This document shows, one piece after another, positions 30,001 through 42,883 of a DNA stretch of 64,000 nt. The translations under genes were made by a program, and so were the position numbers. Source of the DNA: the human T2T-CHM13v2.0 reference genome, Homo sapiens; assembly GCF_009914755.1 (NCBI RefSeq), contig NC_060939.1. One strand, written 5' to 3'. Numbering within the stretch: position 1 is the stretch's first letter; every line of letters begins with the position of its first letter. The notes beneath the pieces were generated by a model, which made no database searches, was not told where the DNA came from, and saw only the letters and a program-made list of their open reading frames with translations.

Positions 30001-30335
30001 TAATTATATGGTTGGGTTTAAGCCTACTATTTCTCTATTTATTTTGTATTTATACCATCTGATTTTGTTATTTTGTTCATTCTTTCCTGCCTTCTTTTGA
30101 GTTAAATTTTATTTTAGTATTTTCATGCTCTCTGTTGGGTTTTTGGCCATTCTTCCTGGTACTGTGTTTTAGTGGTTACTCTTGGGATTAGAATATGCAT
30201 CCTTACCTTATCACAATCTACTTGTAATTAATATTATACCACCTTGAATTAAATGCAAAAACCTTAGCACGATACCGGGACATTACTCCTCCCAGCACCC
30301 TCTGTACTCTTGCTGTCATCCACGTTTCTTCTATA

Positions 30336-30650
30336 CAGTAGTCCCCCTTATCCACAGCTGGTGGATTTCCAGACCCCCGTGGATGCCTAAAACTGCGATA
30401 GTATTGAGCCCTACATATACTATGCCTTTTCCTTTATCTACATACCTATGATGAAGTTTAATTGTAAACCAGTAAGTGATTAACAACACATAGAAATTAA
30501 CAACAATAACAACAAAACAGTATAATTATGACATACTGTCACAGAAGTTACATAAATGTGGTCTCTCTCTCTCTCTTTCTAAATATCTTGATATTTTTGG
30601 ACCAGTAATTGAAACCATGAAAAAAAAACTGCAGATAAGGGAGGACTACA
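30336..30650 (+). mobile_element. Tigger3-family MITE
   Basis: TIRs cagtagtcccccttatcc / gataagggaggactac; TA at the left end. Confidence 0.75.
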
Positions 30651-32218
30651 ATATATGTAATGAACCCCATAATATAGTGTTATTACTTTTGCTTTGAATA
30701 ATTAAACAATCAATAGTCTTTTAAGAAATTAAGGGAAAAATGTTGACTGTTTCTGGTGCTCTTCACTTCTTTCCATCTGGTATAATCTCTTTTCATCCTG
30801 AAGAATTACGTGTAGCATTTCTTAAAGTCTAAGTCTGATGGAAACAAATTCTCTTTTTTAGACAAGACTTTTGTTTATATGAAAATGTCTTTATTAACAC
30901 TCTAATTTTTTGCTGGATAATTTTCTTCGATGTAGAATTCTGGGTCATTTTTCTGTCAGTCTTTTAAAGGTGTCACCCCATTGTCTTCTGGGCAGACAGG
31001 GGTCCTCCTCAGTCTTCGTCACCCCTGACCCCTCGCTGAGGACCTCTGACCCCATGCCACCTCCTCTCATGTGATCAAGGATGCCCAGCCACCTGCTCTG
31101 CTGCAGCCCAGGGGCCTCTGAGAAGCCTACTGCCCCTCCGAGAGCTCTGCCACCATCCTCCTGTGGCTTTTACTGCCCTTACACTCCCCTACTTGTTACC
31201 TCTTACCCACCTGCCCGGACCCTCAGTTATGCTGTCAGCCCTTGAGCGTTGGGCAGCACACTTCTCTGCCTCCCCACAGCATGTGCTCTGGCCCTGGCAT
31301 TTGGCCCATGGAAGGCAGGGGAGAGGGAGTGAGGCCCCCTATCCTTACAAGCAGGGTGCTCTTGTCGGGGGATTTGTGCAGACTCTTTATGAGCTATTAC
31401 TTAACTTTTCTTCCTTCAAATTCTCACTTTTGAGGCTTGGTTTTCATCAAAACCAAGTGTAGTGTTGGCTTCTTCTTTCCTCCTACTCTCCTCTGTGCTA
31501 CCCATTGCCAGGATATATCTTCTGAAGTAGCTGAACTGAACGCCTCCCCTCGGGGTGGGACCCCTACGAGGGCCAGGCTGGGGGAGCACACGAGGGGTGA
31601 GACCTGCCATGATGCTCTGCCCTAAACCAGCTTGGTCCTCAGGCCTCTGAGTACTAGTTTCCATATCAGCCGCTTCCTGGGTTTGATGCTGATGTTGGCA
31701 ATGAAGCTGTATCCAGGATCCAAATCCACAGGATCCAAATCCACAGAATGTTGCCATGCAGCACCCAGAGAACACGTCGCCACTCTGCGTCCTCAGCTCC
31801 AGATCTCTACAGGGGTGTCACCTGGAGACTTCTGGGGAGCAGGCCTGGATCCTGCACAGTGAGGCCAGAGACCCGGCCACCTGGGAACCAGCCACTGGCC
31901 CCACCTTTGCCTGAGGCCCCACCCACCTCCCACTAGGTATGGGAGGGGCCTCAAGTCTTTCTTGCTGCTCCAGCTCTCTGGGTTCCTTACAAAATAAAAC
32001 CCCAAAGAGGAATTCAAAATTCCACAGCCCCTCATAACATGGCCCAGCGGTGTCCTTAACTTTGGTCCTGTGTGTTTACAACATTGCCGGATCTGACAAC
32101 TTTCAGATTGTTTTATCGCAGGTTAGAGGAGTGAGGAGATACGAGTACTCAGTAAAAGAAAGTCAGTTATCTATATGAAGTCAGTTTTTATATGTATAAA
32201 ACGTACACGTATTTATAA

Positions 32219-32243
32219 TGTGTGTGTGTGTGTGTGTGTGTGT
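32219..32243. repeat. (TG)n microsatellite
   Basis: Seen directly. Confidence 0.9.
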
Positions 32244-32349
32244 TGGCCTGAACAAGACCATCAGTGTGATCACGGCCAGGTCCTCACCAAGGCTTATGGC
32301 ACAGCAGGTTAGAATATGAAGTTGGGACGCACAAGTATGAATCCCAACT

Positions 32350-32560
32350 ACCTTCTTTCTCGTCTGCATAATGGGTATAATATAATTACCATAAGTATGA
32401 TAGTTGTTGTGAGGATTCAATTAGATAATACATGTAAAATATTCAGACCAGCAGAAAGAAACAGTAGCAGGCATGTCCCAGGGCCTCCTGCATGGGAACA
32501 GCCACTGACAAATACATGTAAAATACTCAGAACAGTGTCTCTTAAGCTCCCAAGACATCC
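32350..32560. mobile_element. MIR fragment carrying a templated insertion
   Basis: tctgcataatggg...gttgttgtgaggattcaattagataatacatgtaaa MIR core. Confidence 0.7.
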
Positions 32561-34594
32561 AGTATTGACAGTCCAGTTATTGTTACTGTTTCTTCGTGGT
32601 AGGTGCTCATAGCCATGGTGTCGGGTTCTGTACACATCCAGGAATAGTGGGACACGTTTCATCTCAGCGCAGGCATAATGGTTCCCTTGAGCCCCAGGCA
32701 AGTCCCCGCTCCTGGCATCATCAGCTTTCTAAGGCTGCTGGGATCCCTGGATCTGTGCAAACAGACACATTTGCGGCTCCTCTCAGAGCATGGTTTCCCA
32801 CCTGCAGTGAACCCCTCCAGCCCCTCAGAAAATCTCCATGAACTCCCTGGAAGTACCATACAGTTTTAAGCCTTTGTGCTTCTTTCAGGAGGAAGGTCCT
32901 TGCCTCTCAGCAGACTCTGAGAAGGGCTGCGGCCCCTGTCTGAGGCTGTCTCAGTGGGGTGGCATGAGCCAGCACCTCCGTGCAGACACTGTGCCCTGCC
33001 AGGGTTTCACTGCTTTACGTTCATCAAACACATGAAGAATTTACCTCTTAGGACCTGTCCTGCCGACTCACTGGTCATTCCCTGGGACGGCCTTTCCCAG
33101 CTCGTAATTGCTCTGAAACCCGGAGCCAGCGGCCTCCACTACCTGGAGACCACTGCTTCCCTTGAGAACTGGCTTCTGTGGCCACTCAGGATCTCTTTAT
33201 TTGCCATATCACCTTCTAAACCTCTGCCCTCAAAAACATCATGGAGCACCTCTTCTGTGTGCCACCGCACATCGTGCTGGGACGCCTGGGGACAGAGAAT
33301 GCTCCCCCCACTCTCTAAGCACACTCCGACAAGGAGAAGAGCAAGAAAGACATGGGGCACCACCACTGTAAGAGGGCCACATGAGAGACCCAGGATGCAT
33401 GAGATGAAGTAGAAAAAGCAGAAAGAAACAGCAGGCACGGCCCAGGGCCTCCTGTATGGGGAACAAACACTGAGCAGATAGAGAAGCAAGGACTTTTCAG
33501 ATGTAAAGGAATAAGACAGGACACTCTGATGAAGAGGCATCTAGCGAGAGGTTGGGAATGTCCTTTCGCTCAAGACCTGAAAGGCTGAAAAGGCCTCCTG
33601 CTTCACCACCTGTGTCTGCTGTGTCATCTGCACAGCCCCCGTCTACCTTCACCAGCCCTGCCAAGAGGGGATCCTTTCTCTCCCCATTGTATACCCATGT
33701 GTCAGAGCGTGTAAGTGAGAGCCGAGACTTGCGCCTGTATGCTCAGGCCATGGGCTGTCACTGAATTTTCTTACAGTTTAGGGAGTCTTTTCCAGAAAGT
33801 TCTAAGGACATTTATTGGACTGAAATAGATTTAAGATTAGGAGAGCTGAAGGTAAAACCTTTATTGGGAAGGAGTGCAGCATCTGCACACCAGGGGCCGT
33901 CCTGTACCTGTCCAGTGCCTGCCCCCGCAGCCCCACAGGATGCAGCCGTTGCTGGTTTTCGGGCACCCTTTTGGAGGGACCTCCCAGGTTTCAGCCGTGA
34001 AGCCCTTGCCGATGCAATGATGCAGCATTTTTATGATGACCGAGAGTGTTCTCGTAAAACATCCCTCTTCCGCACAAAACAGGCCTATTCTAACTTTTAA
34101 GGCAATCGCGTCGTGTCAACGGGCCAAGAATAATAAATAGCTTTAAAGGCCAAAAATGTTACTCTGACCCTAATATCTGCATTGTCCTTGAAACCTTGCA
34201 GCTGTGTTTGTTTTTCCTTCATCAACCAAAGTTAATGTTATTTCCCCAACTGCAACCCCGTTTATAGAGAATTGAGTCCCATTTGCTGTGTCTGACATTT
34301 TTAGGACCATGATGTTTTCATGTCTTCCCTTAGCCTTATTCTAGTATCTTAGAAACCATGATAGACTCATATTAATGGGACCAGTCTTCATTTTCCTTTG
34401 GAGTATTTATTCTTAGCATATAAACCACGCTTCTCTTACTAATAACAGAATTCCAAAGGCCCTGGGAGGAAGGAACCCAGCAGCCTGAGGTGTTCCAGCA
34501 CAGCCTGTCCCCAGATCAGGCCATCTGCTGGGGTCAGGGCCCTGCAGTGGAGCTTGGGCCCCACTGTTCACCAGTCCCCCTTGGTGTGTTTCAG

Positions 34595-34766
34595 CTACCT
34601 CCTGCCCCATCTCCTTCCATCTAAACCTGGCCTGGACACCCACGGTATGCGGCACCCCACAGCCAACACCATTCAGAGGGTATTTAAGATGAGCTTCGTT
34701 CCCGTTGGCTTCTGGCAAAGGTTTATAGCACGGATGCTGATCAGCCTGGCGGAGATGGACCTGCAG
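34595..34766 (+). CDS. LRRK1: LRRK1 exon (COR; YLLPHLLP...[14 protein letters not shown])
   Basis: tttcag| acceptor, |gtatta donor, 172 nt. Confidence 0.96.
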
Positions 34767-35002
34767 GTATTATGGCTGCGGTTTCTGCATAGACAGATGC
34801 CCGAGAGCCACCTACAGTTGTACCACTGGGGGAGGGGAATGCCCTTTGCTGGGGGGCCCTGCCTGGAGACCCTTCTCCTAGAGCCATGCCACCAATGTAG
34901 TGCCAGGGGGCAGGTGTGGCATGGGCTGCTGGCCAACCCACTGAAGCCATCCTGGGAGTTCCAAAGCAGCACCCTCCTTAGACAGAACACGCCCTTTATA
35001 AA

Positions 35003-35712
35003 CAGTGGTTCTCAGTGTTAGCCCACCTCAAAACCACCTGGAGTTTGTTAGAACACAGTTTGGTGGCCCCACCCGAGGTTCTGATTCAGTAGGTGTGGAC
35101 TGAGGCCAAGAATTCACATTTCTATCCATTCCCCGAGGTGATGCCGCCGGCCCAGCAACCACACTTGGAGAACCGTGAAGTTAGAAGCACGGTTTTGCCG
35201 TCCTGGCTGCACGCTAGACTCGCCTGGAGGAAATTCTAAAAGACACAGACCACACTCCAGACCGATCGAATCAGGGTCTTTGAGTGTGGCATCATTTGAA
35301 AAAGTGATTCCTCTTTGGTATTTTTAAGGCTCCCAGGCGAGTCCCCTGTGCAGTCCAGTTTGAGAACCACTTGTGCAGAACTGTACGTTGGTTCTGGTAA
35401 CACGGGAGACCCCCCGCCCAAGGAGTTAGCTTCTGTGGGTTTACCTGGGGTTACAGGAAGGCGTCCCCGCTGTCAGACAACATTAATTTCATGCAGGGCA
35501 GGAACATGGAAGCAACATTTGCTACAGTGGTGTTTTTCAAAGTGGGGTTCCTATACCAGCAAAATCAGCCTCACCTGGGAACGTGTGAGGAACACACGTT
35601 CTCAGGCCCCACCTCAAACCCACTGCATGAGAAACTCCAGGGGGAACCCCGCACTGGTTTTCACAACCCTCCCGGGGATTCTGACACACTTTTGGTTTTG
35701 TGAACCTCTGGC
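35003..35712. mobile_element. Cluster of three MER5-type hAT MITEs
   Basis: cagtggttctc...ttggagaacc; ...tttgagaaccact; cagtggtgtttttcaaagtgggg...gattctgacaca...tgaacctctg. Confidence 0.65.
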
Positions 35713-37106
35713 ATAATCCCTGACTGTCAAATCCTTGACATTAAACTCCGTATGAGTTTACTGTTGCTACATCCTAATTAGAAAGCCCTTATTGAATTAT
35801 AACTTCTTAGCTCTATAAAAATGTTCTTTGATCTTCCCATTTTTACCGAAATGGTAAGAAAAAATTCAATGCAAAAGCCTTAAAGTCCATCGTGACAGTA
35901 GCAGCCTGTGCTAGCGGGGAGGGAGATGGGTTAATAGCGCCAGAAGGGTGCACTGATTGAAGGAGTGGGCGCAGGCGCTGGTGCTCCTACGTTCCCATTC
36001 CTCTGCCCTCCCTTTGAACTCTGTGTGCCGCTGTCTTCTCAAGGGAGGGTCATGGAGCACTAGCATCGTGGGAGGCTGAGCTGACAAGTGGGGCCCAGCT
36101 GGGCCTGGAGGCCAGGGCGCCCTTCCGGGCAGCAGCTTCCCTCACTCGAAGTTAGGAAAGAAGTCCTATTGAAATTCAGATGGGTGACAGGAGGGGGAAA
36201 AGAGTGCAGTCTCATCACTCATCAAAGGCATGCAAATTCAAGCAGCAGTGAGATGCCAGTTTTCATCCATCACATTAGCAAAAAGCTGAGCCGTAATCCC
36301 CAGCCCGGGGCACGGAGCGGCCCCGCGCACACTGGTAGTCAGTGCACAGGACAGTCTCGTCGTTCGAGAAGCGATTCCTCGGGATACATCCAGAGCTTTA
36401 AAACGATCAGACCCTTCGACCAATAATCCGACTGGTAAACATCTAAACTGAGGACATCATTTTCAATCAGAGAAAGCTCTGTGCCTTTCTCATGTAACTC
36501 AAGGTGGTTTTGAGGGAGCAAAAGATTGGCACCAACTTACACTTCCAGAAGAGAGTGGTTCAGGAAATTACTATGCTTAATAGAATATTAAACTTTAGAA
36601 AAATGAATTTTATGTGTGTTTTTAATGGCATAGGAAAGGTGGGGTTTTTTAACATATACGAAATTAGAAATCCAATATGGCTTCAGCTGTTTTTCACAAA
36701 CATATGGAGATAGAAAAAAAAAAATCCTGGAATAATATATACCAAAATCTGAATGATCTCTCTGCTTGGTGTTAAATTGGTGTTTTGTTTTCCCTCTTAC
36801 ATTTTTCTGTATTTTCTACATTTTCTAATATGAATTTTTGCTTGTAAAGTCAGAAAGGGAAAAAAATTTTAAAGGAAAGCCTATTTTTCAATTCTTTGGA
36901 AAAACTGTGTTTCCGGAATTCCCTGGAGACCCCGTCAGCTAATGTAACGTTCAATTTGGCAGCAGGGATGAGCAGCGTGGGAGGAGAGGGTGGGAAAGAT
37001 GGGGGACATTTATCAAGATGGGGCCCAGCCCGGCCTCTGCAGAGCTCTGCCCAGGGCCAGCGAGGAGCCCAGAATACTTAAGCAGGGTCTTTTCTCTGTC
37101 TTTCAG

Positions 37107-37270
37107 CTTTTTGAAAACAAGAAGAATACTAAAAGCAGGAACAGGAAAGTCACCATTTACAGTTTTACAGGAAACCAGAGAAATCGCTGTAGCACATTCA
37201 GAGTGAAAAGAAATCAGACCATCTATTGGCAGGAAGGGCTCCTGGTCACTTTTGATGGGGGCTACCTCAG
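37107..37270 (+). CDS. LRRK1: LRRK1 exon (COR-B loop; LFENKK...[16 protein letters not shown]...YWQEG)
   Basis: tttcag| acceptor, |gtagga donor, 164 nt. Confidence 0.96.
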
Positions 37271-38256
37271 GTAGGAACACCTGGAAGCCCACCTGCCAGG
37301 TCAGCAGGTGCCACAGCAGCCACCGCGGGGGCACGTCAGCAGGATGCCTCATCCTCTTGGTGTCCAGAATTTTGCTCGTGAGAGCGGCTCGTCATGGCAG
37401 CTTGCTAGAAATGTGAGGCCCTCCCACGAGTGTCCCAGAGGCTCCGGTCTCCTCACCCCTGCTGAGCCCCCCTTGCAGGACGGGAAAGGCAAAGGCAGAT
37501 GTGGCGGCCACAGCTGAGGACTTGAGGGACGTGGCGGCCATTGAGCTCAGGAGAGCCTCAGGCACTTCCCATGGTTATTCAGGTCACCATGGTGACCTTG
37601 CAGCCATCCTGCCCGTCCCCTTGTTCTGTGAGAAGCCAGGCTGGGGACAGGGGATGCTGAGACTCCTCAGCCCCCATCTCCACTGCCCATAACCAGACAC
37701 GGAACTCAGCTCCCTGTGCCATTTATTCTTGGTTTTTTGAGAGCGGTAGACCTAAAGTCAGCCCAACAGGTTTAACGAATGATAAACACCCAAGATTATT
37801 TTAATGTTTACAATGAACTTTGCAAAATATTCTTCAGCTCTGTGAGAGGAGAAGAAGGGAAAAGGGGAGGTAACTTTACAGAGGGCTTGATTGGCACCTG
37901 CCTCTTCCGCATAGATGTTCTCACTTAAGGCCCAGGGTTGCTGCTGGACAGATGAGCATACTGAGGTTCAGGGAGGTCTGGGAACTTCCTTAGGGCCTCA
38001 CCTGAGGGTCAGCTCCCAGGCTGAGCGTCCCTGACTGCAATCTTCCTCGTGCCTCCTTCACCAGGCCAGGTCCGGGGCAAGAACAAGGCAGGGCCACGCA
38101 CACGTACATACAGGGAGGAGTCCCCCATCGGTCCTGCAGGGCACAGAGTCTCTCCAGGTCCCCGGGGGTTGGGTCCTGTCCCTGGGGGTAGGGATATCAT
38201 CCCAGGGTCCCCCAGAGCCAGATCGCAATGGGCTCCTTTTGGTCTCTGGATTGCAG

Positions 38257-38396
38257 TGTGGAATCTTCCGACGTGAACTGGAAAAAGAAGAAAAGCGGAG
38301 GAATGAAAATTGTTTGCCAATCAGAAGTGAGGGACTTCTCAGCCATGGCTTTCATCACGGACCACGTCAATTCCTTGATTGATCAGTGGTTTCCCG
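38257..38396 (+). CDS. LRRK1: LRRK1 exon (COR-B; VESSDVNW...[12 protein letters not shown])
   Basis: ttgcag| acceptor, |gtaaga donor, 140 nt. Confidence 0.96.
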
Positions 38397-39051
38397 GTAA
38401 GAGGAGATGCTAGAAGCAAGCCCTCATTCATGCTAATATTTCTTATGAATCAGGGTGGGGCTGCTGCTTTCGGGGTGGACAAAAATCCCACTGGGATTCA
38501 GCCCAAGAAAACTAGGGGGTCTTAACAGCACTTTGGTGGGAGTCCTGGCCCCCGAGAAGTCCAGCTCTGTCACTGGGGGGAGTCCCACGGGGAGGACTGG
38601 GCTCGGACCCCACTGGGAATGTGCAGGGAAGCGGCCTGCCAGCTGCCCACAGGCGTGGCAAGAAAGATGACACTGGTACCACGAGTGGTCCACGGAGATG
38701 CTCAGTGTGAGCTCACACGTGTCTTGTTTTCATAGTGAGGACTGTGTGGCTGAAATTGCAGGGGAGCCGGCAGATGGAAATTTATCCCCTGCGCAGGGGC
38801 AGGGATGGAGGGGAGCCGTGGCAGCCAAGGGGCCTTGCTCTCCTCCCCTGCCACCCCACCCATCCCGGCGGTGATCAAACCACTAACACCGCCCTTCTCA
38901 GACCCTTTGGATCTGTTTCTTCATTGATAGTTCACCCAAAAAAAGTACTCGTTGAGTGAAGTTCCTGAGGCCTCCTGTTTGTTTTGCTCCTGGGGTGGAG
39001 ACGACTCCCAGAGCAGCCTGCCAGGGGGAGGCCATCTGGGGTTTAATGGGG

Positions 39052-39174
39052 CAAGCAGCTGTGGGAGGGGCTGCCCTGAGAGCTTCAGCCCTGAACGCTG
39101 GAGGCCAAGCAGCTGTGGGACAGGCTGCCCGAGAGCCTCAGCCCCTGAACGCTGGAGGCCAAGCAGCTGTGGGA
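39052..39174. repeat. 54-bp tandem repeat, ~2.3 copies
   Basis: caagcagctgtggga recurs at 39052, 39106 and 39160. Confidence 0.9.
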
Positions 39175-40322
39175 GAGCGGGTTTGGAATTCCAGTGCCAC
39201 CCCTGCAAGCCTCGGCTGGTCCCCCGGCCTCCTGGGCCGGCCTCACCTGCATGCAATGCCTGCATCCCAGACAGCATCAGGGAAGGTGGCTAAGAGGCAG
39301 TGGCAGAATGCACTCAGGATACACATTCCAGATCCCAGTGTCTGGTCTCTGTCAGGGTTGGGGTCCTTCACACTGTTGGCAGGAAGGGTGACCTACAAGG
39401 AAAAAAGGCTTAGAAAGGAGCCCTCGGAGAAGTCAGTTGGGTGTGTGTGTCATGGTGATTTGGGAGGCACTTGGCTGTCTAAGGGGGCCCTTAGGCCCAT
39501 GTGAACCCTTCTGGGCACTTTGCAGCTCCCCACCAGCCAGTGTTCCCCACACAGCAGGTGCTGGGCAGTTTGACAGGTGGGTCCCTTAGACAGTCACCTG
39601 AGATGGAAAGGGCTCTGGTGAGCACCTGAGACAGATCGCCTGGAGCCAGCATCCCCAGCCAGGGGCCCCTCCCAACGGGATGCCTTACACATGGACCTGC
39701 AGATATCAGATGTGCCTGGAAAGTTCTAGGCATCCACCTCCTACCTTGCATGAAGCAGGCAGTTGGCCGGCCCTGAGGGCACCTCCACAGGGCACCTTGG
39801 AGGGTGTTTCTCTGCACCTCCTCTCAGAGGCGTGGGGGAATCCCGTGTCCGGTGACTGAGTTTCGTCTATGATAATTTGCACTCATTTCTGCCCCTGCAT
39901 TGCCCTTCATGGACATTGTAAACCTGATGTTTCTAATTGTAAGAAGGGTGCCTTCCCCACTGCCGTGATGGTTGGAGGATAGCTCACACCTAGTCTGCGA
40001 TGACCTGTTAGGGCCCAGTCATGCAGGAGGGATCCCCCCACTCCTCTCAGGCCCCCCAGCCAGCCTGCTCAGTGTCCCGACCACTGGACAGTTCTCGGAA
40101 GCATCCTGAACCCTCCCTGGACACATCTTTCAGGACAAACAATTGCGCTCTCCAAAAAGGCACCCGAATGTGGCAGTGGGTTTCAGCCTGTCTCTTGGGT
40201 ACAGGCCAGGACAGGCAGCTCCCCTGCTGCGAAGGCCTCAGGGCCTGGGGTGCAGAGTGCTGCTCGGGGGCCCTCCTGCACCACCTTCTTGTGAAGCTGT
40301 CTCCTGCTCTGTCCTTATTTAG

Positions 40323-40572
40323 CCCTGACGGCCACAGAGAGCGACGGGACGCCACTCATGGAGCAGTACGTGCCCTGCCCGGTCTGCGAGACAGCCTGGG
40401 CCCAGCACACGGACCCCAGTGAGAAATCAGAGGATGTGCAGTACTTCGACATGGAAGACTGTGTCCTGACGGCCATCGAGCGGGACTTCATCTCCTGCCC
40501 CAGACACCCGGACCTCCCCGTGCCGCTGCAGGAGCTGGTCCCTGAACTGTTCATGACCGACTTCCCGGCCAG
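40323..40572 (+). CDS. LRRK1: LRRK1 exon (COR-B end; LTATESDG...CPVC...[11 protein letters not shown])
   Basis: atttag| acceptor, |gtatgc donor, 250 nt. Confidence 0.96.
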
Positions 40573-40975
40573 GTATGCCCCGAAGGCCCCTCCCAGAACA
40601 CAGTGCAGGTCACAGGGGGCGTTCCTCGCTGTGCAGTTGCCGAGTGATCTCCAGGAAGACCCCTCTGGGGCGGGCAGGTGCCCCGGCCATGGCTTCCCAC
40701 CAATCTCAGTACCTTTTAGGTTCCCATCCTCGGCTGCCTGAAAGGAACCAGGCTGCCGGCTTTCCATTTTGGAGGGCTTGATAGGCCCAACTGGGAAGAG
40801 TGCTTTGCAAGTGCAGCCATCCTGCCTCCCCATACGGCTCCCCCTTCCCCTCGTAGCCAGAGCTGCTCTCTCCTGAGCTGCCTCTCCTTTCCACTCCTAC
40901 CTCCCCACCAGCTCTAGGGCCAGCAGATAAGTGCAGCCAGTGCTCCTCAAGCATTCAGGAAGGGGAGAGAAGGGA

Positions 40976-41115
40976 GAGCTCCCACCCAGAGCCTTGTTTA
41001 CCTTCTTTGTCAAACGCTGACTCCTGTCTGTAGCCCTAGCGCTGAGCTCCCACCCAGAGCCTCGTTTACCTTCTTTGTCAAACGCTGACTCCTGTCTGCA
41101 GCCCTAGCGCTGAGC
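40976..41115. repeat. 68-bp tandem duplication
   Basis: Two copies differing at 2 positions. Confidence 0.95.
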
Positions 41116-41533
41116 CTTGGACCCCTCAAATCTGTTCTTAGAGTTTATTGTACCTATGCTAACCCAAGATCATAACTAGGGAGAGAATCAGGGAGGAAAT
41201 AGGAAACGTCACCTTTCAGAAGAAAACTTCCAAAGGGATCCTTTCTCTACGGCCACCACTTCCGTGGGGTTCACCCTGTGCCAGCCATCACCACCTCTGA
41301 GGCCGTTCCTGTCCTGAGAGCCCTCTGTACAGAGGAGACTGAGGCTTAGCAAGCCTGCATAACCTACCCAGGTGTGCTCACCCACAAGTGGCAGGGCCGG
41401 GGTGGCCCAGATCTGTCCAGCCTCACAGATGGCTTTGAACCATGACTCTCGGCCGTTAGGGCAAATGACCCAGCCCAGGACCCACCCGCATCAGGGCGGG
41501 GGGGATGTGGCTGATGCCGGGCGTGTGTGGCAG

Positions 41534-41700
41534 GCTCTTCCTGGAGAACAGCAAGCTGGAGCACAGCGAGGACGAGGGCAGCGTCCTGGGCCAGGGCGGC
41601 AGTGGCACCGTCATCTACCGGGCCCGGTACCAGGGCCAGCCTGTGGCCGTCAAGCGCTTCCACATCAAAAAATTCAAGAACTTTGCTAACGTACCGGCAG
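41534..41700 (+). CDS. LRRK1: LRRK1 exon (kinase Gly-loop GQGGSG and VAVK)
   Basis: tggcag| acceptor, |gtaagc donor, 167 nt. Confidence 0.96.
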
Positions 41701-41834
41701 GTAAGCGGGTCCCAGGTTGGTGCTGTTTTTCTCAGACATATGCTGCCCGGGTCTAAGCTCTGTGCGGCCTTAGAGAGGCCTGAGGCTGCAGGCACCCCAT
41801 GTCCTACTGGCTGACACTGCGCTGTCCCTGGCAG

Positions 41835-42032
41835 ACACCATGCTGAGGCACCTGCGGGCCACCGATGCCATGAAGAACTTCTCCGAGTTCCGGCAGGAGG
41901 CCAGCATGCTGCACGCGCTGCAGCACCCCTGCATCGTGGCGCTCATCGGCATCAGCATCCACCCGCTCTGCTTCGCCCTGGAGCTCGCGCCGCTCAGCAG
42001 CCTCAACACCGTGCTGTCCGAGAACGCCAGAG
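41835..42032 (+). CDS. LRRK1: LRRK1 exon (kinase alphaC to hinge; [21 protein letters not shown])
   Basis: tggcag| acceptor, |gtaccg donor, 198 nt. Confidence 0.96.
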
Positions 42033-42599
42033 GTACCGCGGCGCGCCGCCCCACCCGGCCCCGGAGACCGACAGAGCCCCGGGCGCCTCCTGCCTGGCAC
42101 GGGGGGTAGAGCCTCAGGTGGCCTTGGCAAGCCCAGGGCACGCCCAACCCATGGCTCGTGTGACCATCCCCTGGCTGCGAGGCCAGGCTCCCCGCCAGGT
42201 CCAGTCACTAGGCAGAGCCTTGGCGAGGACGGGGGAGCGCACACTCTGGAGTCGGCTAAGACCAGGCTCTGCCGCGGTCCGGAAAGCCGCTGAGTTTATT
42301 TGCCTGTAAAAGGAGGATGGTAACAGGCCTCGCTGGGAGGGCACCGAGCACGGGAGCTGCATTGAATCACTTTCCCAACTGCACACGTACACGGCTGCTG
42401 AGACTCTGAGACCGCAGGGTCAGTGGGACCATATTTTAACATAAAATGTCGAAGTAATTTACCTTGAGAAAAGAGCAGCTAAACTCCAGAGTGGCCAGAG
42501 GGTGAAAGGTAGCTGTCTTTTGACTAAGGAAGAAGAAATGCTATGAAAATCAATCACTTCTGCCTCAATGGAAGATAATTTTTTAAACAGAATTCTTTA

Positions 42600-42883
42600 C
42601 TTTTTTTTAATACAGGATCTCACTTTGTTGGCCAGGCTGGAGGACAGTGGTGCAATCTCAGCTCACTGCAGCTTTGACCTCCTGAACTCAAGCCATCCTC
42701 CCACCGCAACTTCCCGAGTAGCTACAAGCACACGCCACCACACCCAGCTAATTTGTTGTTGTTGTTTGTAGAGATGGCCTTTCACCCTATTGCCCAGGTC
42801 GTTCTCGAACTGTGAGCTCAGTCGATCCCCCCACTTTAGCCTCCCAAAGTGCTGGAATTACCGGCATGAGCCACACGCCCAGC
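42600..42883 (-). mobile_element. AluJ-like
   Basis: Diverged reverse Alu (ctcactgcagctttgacctcctgaactcaagccatcctccc). Confidence 0.85.

Noticed and set aside
31713-31746. 15-bp tandem duplication (caggatccaaatcca x2); similar 12-bp one at ~55600
   Set aside because: Too short and common to be informative.
31000-34500. Possible antisense or independent transcript in the non-repetitive part of the large intron
   Set aside because: No coherent exon chain, promoter or coding signal can be supported from sequence alone.
39052-41115. Tandem units considered as a CRISPR-like array
   Set aside because: Only 2-3 adjacent copies with no unique spacers, in a human intron, with no cas genes.
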